Below the pieces are notes generated by a model. The model worked only from the letters and a program-made list of their open reading frames with translations, made no database searches and was not told the DNA's origin. Below are positions 58,748-64,000 of a stretch of DNA of 64,000 bases, in pieces. Position 1 is the first letter of the stretch, and each line of letters begins with the position of its first letter. The translations under genes and the position numbers were made by a program. Source of the stretch: a bacterium (GTDB lineage Bacteria > UBA8248); the NCBI GenBank assembly GCA_965219955.1, contig OZ244799.1:2432001-2496000 (forward strand), given 5' to 3'.

Positions 58748-60705
58748 TTCAGTTTGTCCTGGTTTTCCTGATAAAGCGCGTGATATGCCGCGATTTTGCC
58801 GTCAGTCATCTTCACGTCGCCGGCGAGATGAGCTCTCAAGGCCTCATTCAGCTTCTTTTCCATTTCATTGAGAATCGGCAGATTCCCCTTGTCCTGAACA
58901 TCCCACTTGTGGGCCTGCACTTCACGCACCACTGTTTTCAGCAAGACGGTGATCAATTCTTTTTTCTTTCTCTGTTTCAACCGCTCATACGTGGAGAGGA
59001 AAAACTTGAACTCCTCCAACTCCGACTCCAGCGTGTAAACCGTGTCCTCAATCCCCTGGACGCCATCCCCCACGGCTTCGAGATACGAAGTGAGATCGAC
59101 AATATCTTCTCGGCTCAATCCCAGATTGAATTGCCTGTTGAACCATTCGCTCACCGCCCGCAGGGTGGGGAGGCTCCCGTCGTGGAAATAAGGAGCCGTG
59201 AATTTCGACGAGAGCAGGGTGGGCGTATCCAGACCGCCCACGTGGAAGGGCTGGTTCCCACCTCCCGTGGAGCCGATGTTGTGGCGTTTGTGATCCACGA
59301 AGTTCGCGTTGGGAATGTGGCAACTCGCGCAACTCATGCCGCCCATCATTTGCGGGAATTTCCGGTAAAATATCTTCTCGCCCCGAAGAGCTGTTTCTGG
59401 AACCTTACCGGCATTGAGCTTCCCGCTTTTTTTCAGCTTCGGGTTCGGCAAAAACTCGAATTCGTTCATGTAGGCAATCATCCCGTCCATGATCATCGGG
59501 TCGGGCTCGGGGCCGTTGAACTCGTTCACGATAACGTTTCGGACGAATTCCCTGAGCGAAGCGAAACGCCCGTTTCTGCCGTATGGAGCGGTGAAGCGAA
59601 TGCCCCGCAAATCGGGTGTGTCCAATGGATCGTGCAGACCGTTGTTGGCGTGCCCTGCGAAGAAGCTGTTCGACACGTCCATCCCGCCCTTTTCCCTGGA
59701 AAGGCCGGGGATGAAGAGTTTGGGATTCGTCACCCCCTTGTTGTGGCAAGTATTGCAACTGACGCCTAAGCTGAGCGCGGGCTCGCCGAAAATCTCCGCG
59801 CTGTCGAAAGCCATATCACCCAGGGCGATGAGAAAGGTTTCCGCCTCGCTCGCCCCGCGCTCCGCCATTCCGAGAATTTGTCTGGGACGCGGGAGTTGCT
59901 TGTTGATGTCGGAGCCGGGCGGCAAACGCCACGGCACTTTTGCCGTTTCAACATACGTTTTGCTCACCACCGGACGGGGGAGGAGCCTGTGCTCCTTCCC
60001 GGTCTGGAACCCGGAAAAATTCAAATGGAAATACCGGCGGATGAACGCGGTGTTCTCGCGAATTTTTCCCAGATTCATCGGGCGGGCGCCGACGCCCATC
60101 ACACCCGCCGCCCCGAGATGGGAACTCGCTTCGAGCCAATGGATTTGCATCCTCTTCCAGGCTTCAGGGTCCAGGTGCGGCAAGGTTTCGGCGAAAGCCT
60201 GGAAAACTCTCCGCGCTTCGTTCAGGCGGTTTTTCACCTCGGTTCTGTTCAAATCCGACTTGAACCCGTCCAGATGAGAGATCAATAGCGAAGCAACTCC
60301 CCGCGTGGCCAGCGAGAAAACCAGACGACTCCCGCTCTTGCGCGCGGCGACCATGTCCGGCTCTTCATCGCCTCTCGCCACGGGCTGGGCCACGCGCCTG
60401 GCAATGATCAGCTCTTCCGAGAGCTTTTGCGCGCCATGAGAGTTCACTACCCTGAGCGCTGCTTCGATACGCTTCAAATCGGACCACACCTGCGGCCATA
60501 GCACGGGATTCAGGTTCAGGATGAAACTGGTGCGACGATAACTTTCGGCAACGGGGTGTAATTCCTCGGGAGGGACGATGTGCGCCGAAGCCGGGCGGAA
60601 ACTCATCACCAGCAAAGCAGCAGCCAGAAGCCATGCCGATATCGTCAAGGAATGTTTCAACCGCAGAGCAAGCCTCGCCCCGGGCGTTTTGAGGCCGCAT
60701 TTCAT
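58744..60705 (-). CDS. secreted di-heme cytochrome c peroxidase/MauG-like protein with extra helical domains
   Basis: signal peptide; CNTCH and CASCH; TPDLRG...TAPYGRNG and TPTL...TAPYFHDG repeats. Confidence 0.85.
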   Translation of the reverse strand: MKCGLKTPGARLALRLKHSLTISAWLLAAALLVMSFRPASAHIVPPEELHPVAESYRRTSFILNLNPVLWPQVWSDLKRIEAALRVVNSHGAQKLSEELIIARRVAQPVARGDEEPDMVAARKSGSRLVFSLATRGVASLLISHLDGFKSDLNRTEVKNRLNEARRVFQAFAETLPHLDPEAWKRMQIHWLEASSHLGAAGVMGVGARPMNLGKIRENTAFIRRYFHLNFSGFQTGKEHRLLPRPVVSKTYVETAKVPWRLPPGSDINKQLPRPRQILGMAERGASEAETFLIALGDMAFDSAEIFGEPALSLGVSCNTCHNKGVTNPKLFIPGLSREKGGMDVSNSFFAGHANNGLHDPLDTPDLRGIRFTAPYGRNGRFASLREFVRNVIVNEFNGPEPDPMIMDGMIAYMNEFEFLPNPKLKKSGKLNAGKVPETALRGEKIFYRKFPQMMGGMSCASCHIPNANFVDHKRHNIGSTGGGNQPFHVGGLDTPTLLSSKFTAPYFHDGSLPTLRAVSEWFNRQFNLGLSREDIVDLTSYLEAVGDGVQGIEDTVYTLESELEEFKFFLSTYERLKQRKKKELITVLLKTVVREVQAHKWDVQDKGNLPILNEMEKKLNEALRAHLAGDVKMTDGKIAAYHALYQENQDKLK

Positions 60706-60740
60706 GTTTTCGGTTCTCCCAAAAAACCATCACCACAACA

Positions 60741-60770
60741 ATTTTATTTTGATTTCAAAAATAAAGTCAA
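60741..60770 (-). promoter_or_regulatory. sigma70 promoter with a palindrome in the spacer
   Basis: TTGACT-18 nt-TAAAAT; TTTTGA-TT-TCAAAA at 60747-60760. Confidence 0.6.
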
Positions 60771-60787
60771 CCTATGTTTAATATATT

Positions 60788-60803
60788 TTTAGGTATGCCT
60801 AAA
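60788..60803. promoter_or_regulatory. DtxR/MntR/SirR-like operator
   Basis: TTTAGG-TATG-CCTAAA 6-4-6 palindrome. Confidence 0.5.
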
Positions 60804-60901
60804 TATAAAAATGGGCATGAAAATCAATATAAACAGACGTTTCTGAGGATATATTGAAAATTTCGTTTGAAATATTTTGAGTTCTTTCAGATTCGCGAGC
60901 G

Positions 60902-60940
60902 AAAAAAACCGGCCCTAACAACAAATAGAGCCGGTTCTTT
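60902..60940 (-). terminator. rho-independent terminator downstream of glnK
   Basis: minus strand AACCGGCTCTA...TAGGGCCGGTT followed by a T run. Confidence 0.7.
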
Positions 60941-61059
60941 GAAGGTCCGAGGGTTCATTTTTCTAAAAATCGACCTGAAGCCAGGTTTCAAAGACCGTAA
61001 AGTCTTTCCAACAATCGTCCCCGCTCCACGATTGAAACTATTCTCCTCAGGTGCAGAAC

Positions 61060-61398
61060 TTAGATGGCACCATCGCCTCTATCACCGGTGCGTATACGCA
61101 CGCAATCTTCCACGGCCTGGACAAATATTTTTCCGTCGCCTATCTGTCCCGAATTCGCCGCATCACAAATCGCAGTGACGATGGCATCGGCGTTGTCGTC
61201 CTGCGTCAATATTTCGACCTTGATCTTCGGCAGGAAATCGACCACGTACTCGCTGCCGCGATACAGTTCGGTGTGTCCCTTCTGACGGCCAAAGCCCTTC
61301 ACTTCGGTGACCGTCATGCCCGTCACGCCGGCATCTCCCAGCGCTTCTTTCACACTTTCCAGCTTGAATGGCTTAATAATCGCCGTGACTAAACGCAT
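61060..61398 (-). CDS. glnK: P-II nitrogen regulatory protein
   Basis: AIIKPFKL, GFGRQKG, T-loop YRGSEY, GDGKIF; adjacent to amtB. Confidence 0.96.
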   Translation of the reverse strand: MRLVTAIIKPFKLESVKEALGDAGVTGMTVTEVKGFGRQKGHTELYRGSEYVVDFLPKIKVEILTQDDNADAIVTAICDAANSGQIGDGKIFVQAVEDCVRIRTGDRGDGAI

Positions 61399-61458
61399 CG
61401 TTCATTCCTCTCAAGATGACGGATGGACTCATCCAGTAAAAATCCCCTCGCGCTTGAA

Positions 61459-62850
61459 TCAACCCAGCCTCTCGCCCGCGTAGGCCTCCATGCCGTGCTC
61501 GGAGATGTCGAGACCAGCCGATTCGTCTTCCGCGGAAACGCGAACACCCATTACTGCTTTCACAACCTGCCAAAGGATGAGGGACAAGACGAATGTAAAC
61601 ACACCGACCGCGACGACGCCTGCAAGCTGCTTGATGAAGAGCCCTGCGCCGCCGCCGTAGAACAATCCCACGACGCCGTCGTCAATGGAAGGCGCGGCGA
61701 ATAAACCGAGCGCAAGCGTCCCGAATATGCCGCATACCAGGTGAACAGAAACGGCGCCGACAGGATCGTCAATCTTGATTTTGTCAAAGAACGGAACGGC
61801 GATACAGACGATGAAACCTGCGATTAGACCGATAATCACAGCCCCCAGCGGAGTGACGTTTGCGCATGGCGCCGTGATGGCAACCAGCCCTGCAAGCGCG
61901 CCGTTCACACTCATGGAAAGATCGGCTTTGCCGAACATGGTCCTCGACGTGATACTCGAAGCCACGACGCCTGCCGAGGCGGCGAGGTTCGTCGTCACGG
62001 CGATGCGCGCGATGGCGCCTGCGTCGGCGGCCATGGTGCTGCCCGGATTAAACCCGAACCACCCGAGCCACAATATGAACCCACCCAAGGTGACGAGCGG
62101 CATGTTGTGACCCGGCATCGCCTGCATCCGGCCGGCGGACGTATACTTGCCGAGCCGGGGGCCAAGAACGATGATTCCGGCGAGCCCAGCCCAGCCGCCT
62201 ACGGAGTGAACCACGGTGGAGCCGGCGAAATCGAGAAACCCCATTCCACCCAGCCAGCCGCCACCCCAGATCCAGTGGCCCTGGACGGGATAGATGATGG
62301 CGACGAGCAGGAAACTGAAGATCATGAAAGAAGAGAACTTGATGCGCTCGGCCACACAACCCGAAACGATGGTCGCAGCCGTCGCCGCGAAAACGAGCTG
62401 GAAGAAAAACTTCGCGTATAGCGGCACGCCCGTCCAATTGAGGGATGAGAAAACACCTTTGTACGCATCGCCCGTGGCCGGGCTGTTGTCCGCCCCCGAA
62501 AGGAAGAAACCGTTCGTCCCGAATATCGAGCTGCCATCGCCAAACATGAGGGCGAAACCCAATATCCAAAATGCCAGGGACGAGACGGCGACGACACCGA
62601 AGTTCTTATAAAGAATGGCGACGGTGTTCTTGGCCCGGCAAAGCCCCGATTCGAGCATCGCAAAGCCTGCGTGCATGAAAAACACCAGAAAGCCGGCCAC
62701 CATCACCCAAACAGTGTCCGCCGCGACTTGCAAATCCGCCAAGCTCTTTGCCATGGCCTTGACATCCTGCGCCCAGCCGTTGCCGGCGAAGGACAAAACC
62801 GCCGCGGCGAAGACCAACGCCGCCGCAATGCAGAGCCCCCTTCTTCTCAT
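61459..62850 (-). CDS. amtB: ammonium transporter (start could be 62907)
   Basis: DFAGSTVVH, WFGFN, NGALAGLVAIT, DDPVGAVSVH, GLDISEHG. Confidence 0.96.
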   Translation of the reverse strand: MRRRGLCIAAALVFAAAVLSFAGNGWAQDVKAMAKSLADLQVAADTVWVMVAGFLVFFMHAGFAMLESGLCRAKNTVAILYKNFGVVAVSSLAFWILGFALMFGDGSSIFGTNGFFLSGADNSPATGDAYKGVFSSLNWTGVPLYAKFFFQLVFAATAATIVSGCVAERIKFSSFMIFSFLLVAIIYPVQGHWIWGGGWLGGMGFLDFAGSTVVHSVGGWAGLAGIIVLGPRLGKYTSAGRMQAMPGHNMPLVTLGGFILWLGWFGFNPGSTMAADAGAIARIAVTTNLAASAGVVASSITSRTMFGKADLSMSVNGALAGLVAITAPCANVTPLGAVIIGLIAGFIVCIAVPFFDKIKIDDPVGAVSVHLVCGIFGTLALGLFAAPSIDDGVVGLFYGGGAGLFIKQLAGVVAVGVFTFVLSLILWQVVKAVMGVRVSAEDESAGLDISEHGMEAYAGERLG

Positions 62851-63096
62851 GCCCCTTCCTCCGATACGTTTTAGTGATTCCGAGAGTTTACGTTTGCGAA
62901 GTATCATCTACATCTTTTAGGTGAGAAGTATTTCAAAATCGTTTCGACCGTATTACCCGAACGTTAATTACACCTTCCCGGTACCTATCCGCTTCGGTTT
63001 GACAGGCGATTTCGCGCGTGCTAGCAATTCCGCCAATTCGATTCAATTTCTTTTGAACAAGCCCTTTTCCGGGATCAATCCACTGAAGGAGATACG

Positions 63097-63540
63097 ATGC
63101 CTCCAAAACGAAAACCCAAAATTCCCGCGAGAGCCCTCAAGCGCGGCACACACCTGTGGACCAAGGAATTCACCGAGCGTATCGGTCATGACATGGCCGA
63201 ATGGGCGGATGAGGAATTCATGGAGCTTTTCATGAACTTCTGCTACGGCGGGCTCTATGATCGAAACGTCCTGTCCCATAAAACCAGGGAACTTTGCGCC
63301 GTGGCCGCATGTGTGATGGCCAACGCGCATCCGCAACTGCGCACCCACATTCAGGCCTCGTGGAACTGCGGGGCGACGAAGCGTGAGATCATGGAAGTCA
63401 TCATCCAGATGGCCACTTACTGCGGGATGCCGTATATGCTTCAGGCGGCTCGAATCGCCGCGAACGAGGTCTTCCCCCTGCTCAAGCGCGGAGAGAAGGC
63501 CGCCGCCCCGCCGCCGGGCCTGAAATTGGATGAGAAGTAA
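63097..63540 (+). CDS. carboxymuconolactone decarboxylase family protein
   Basis: YGGLYDR, KTREL, QLRTHI, EIMEVIIQ, YCGMP. Confidence 0.88.
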   Translation: MPPKRKPKIPARALKRGTHLWTKEFTERIGHDMAEWADEEFMELFMNFCYGGLYDRNVLSHKTRELCAVAACVMANAHPQLRTHIQASWNCGATKREIMEVIIQMATYCGMPYMLQAARIAANEVFPLLKRGEKAAAPPPGLKLDEK

Positions 63541-63603
63541 CCCGAAACCGTCAGGCACCGGGCGGCCTACACCCGAAACCAAATACGTAAGGAGTATCTA
63601 AGA

Positions 63604-64000
63604 ATGGCCCGCAGAATCGTAGATTTAAGCGTTCCCCTTCAAAACGCGCCCATGGAGAACAATCCGGCCGCCATCCAGTACGTGAACCACACCGAGCTTG
63701 CCCGCATGCGAGCCAAATCATACAAGTTTCCGGACACCAGTTATTTTCCCGACCACATGCACTGCGCGACTGAAAACATCACGGCCATCAGCACGCACAG
63801 CGGCACGCACCTCGATTCTCCGTACCACTACGGCCCCGAATGTGAGGGGAACCCCTCGAAAACGATTGACCTCGTACCCCTCGAATGGTGCGTGAGTGAC
63901 GGGGTGGTGCTGGACTTTCATGACGCCGAGCGCGGCCACAACATCACGCTGGAGGAAACGCAGCAGAAAGTGGCGGGCCTGGAAGAGAAAGGCTATTCCC
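63604..64000 (+). CDS. cyclase / kynurenine formamidase family protein (truncated by the window end)
   Basis: IVDLSVP, HSGTHLDSPYH motif; AAGGAG RBS. Confidence 0.9.
   Translation, partial: MARRIVDLSVPLQNAPMENNPAAIQYVNHTELARMRAKSYKFPDTSYFPDHMHCATENITAISTHSGTHLDSPYHYGPECEGNPSKTIDLVPLEWCVSDGVVLDFHDAERGHNITLEETQQKVAGLEEKGYS

Noticed and set aside
63020-63040. Sigma54 promoter for amtB (minus-strand TGGC...TTGC)
   Set aside because: GG-to-GC spacing is too short for a -24/-12 promoter.

Overview
GC-rich bacterial chromosome segment with three zones. (1) 1-34 kb: a catabolic and transport region (gamma-glutamyltransferase, TRAP/TAXI transporter, orphan ABC binding proteins, alpha/beta hydrolases, Gfo/Idh/MocA pair, sulfatase, MBL-fold enzymes, enolase-superfamily enzyme). 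Its intergenic spaces hold many palindromic repeats and MITE-like termini, small toxin-antitoxin modules, low-GC cassettes and one complete IS110 (IS1111-group) element. (2) 34-52 kb: a surface-glycan cluster next to tRNA-Glu, with nonulosonate genes, two AsnB-like amidotransferases, two O-antigen-ligase-like genes and a LarA-family enzyme. (3) 52-64 kb: housekeeping and uptake genes including amtB-glnK. Most notable signals: (a) an AhpD/CMD-family gene whose CxxC motif reads C-A-Y-UGA followed by a SECIS-like hairpin, a probable selenoprotein split by the ORF track; (b) an IS1111-type element whose 3' non-coding end carries guide segments matching both the REP palindrome it interrupts and its own circle junction (bridge RNA); (c) a secreted di-heme peroxidase-like protein coupled to a PhnDCE-like transporter with swapped pocket residues, behind a DtxR/MntR-like box, a candidate undescribed redox-linked uptake system; (d) two neighbouring cassettes each flanked by a duplicated 3' end of the upstream gene. 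All calls come from reading motifs by eye. No database search was run, and novelty cannot be confirmed without one.
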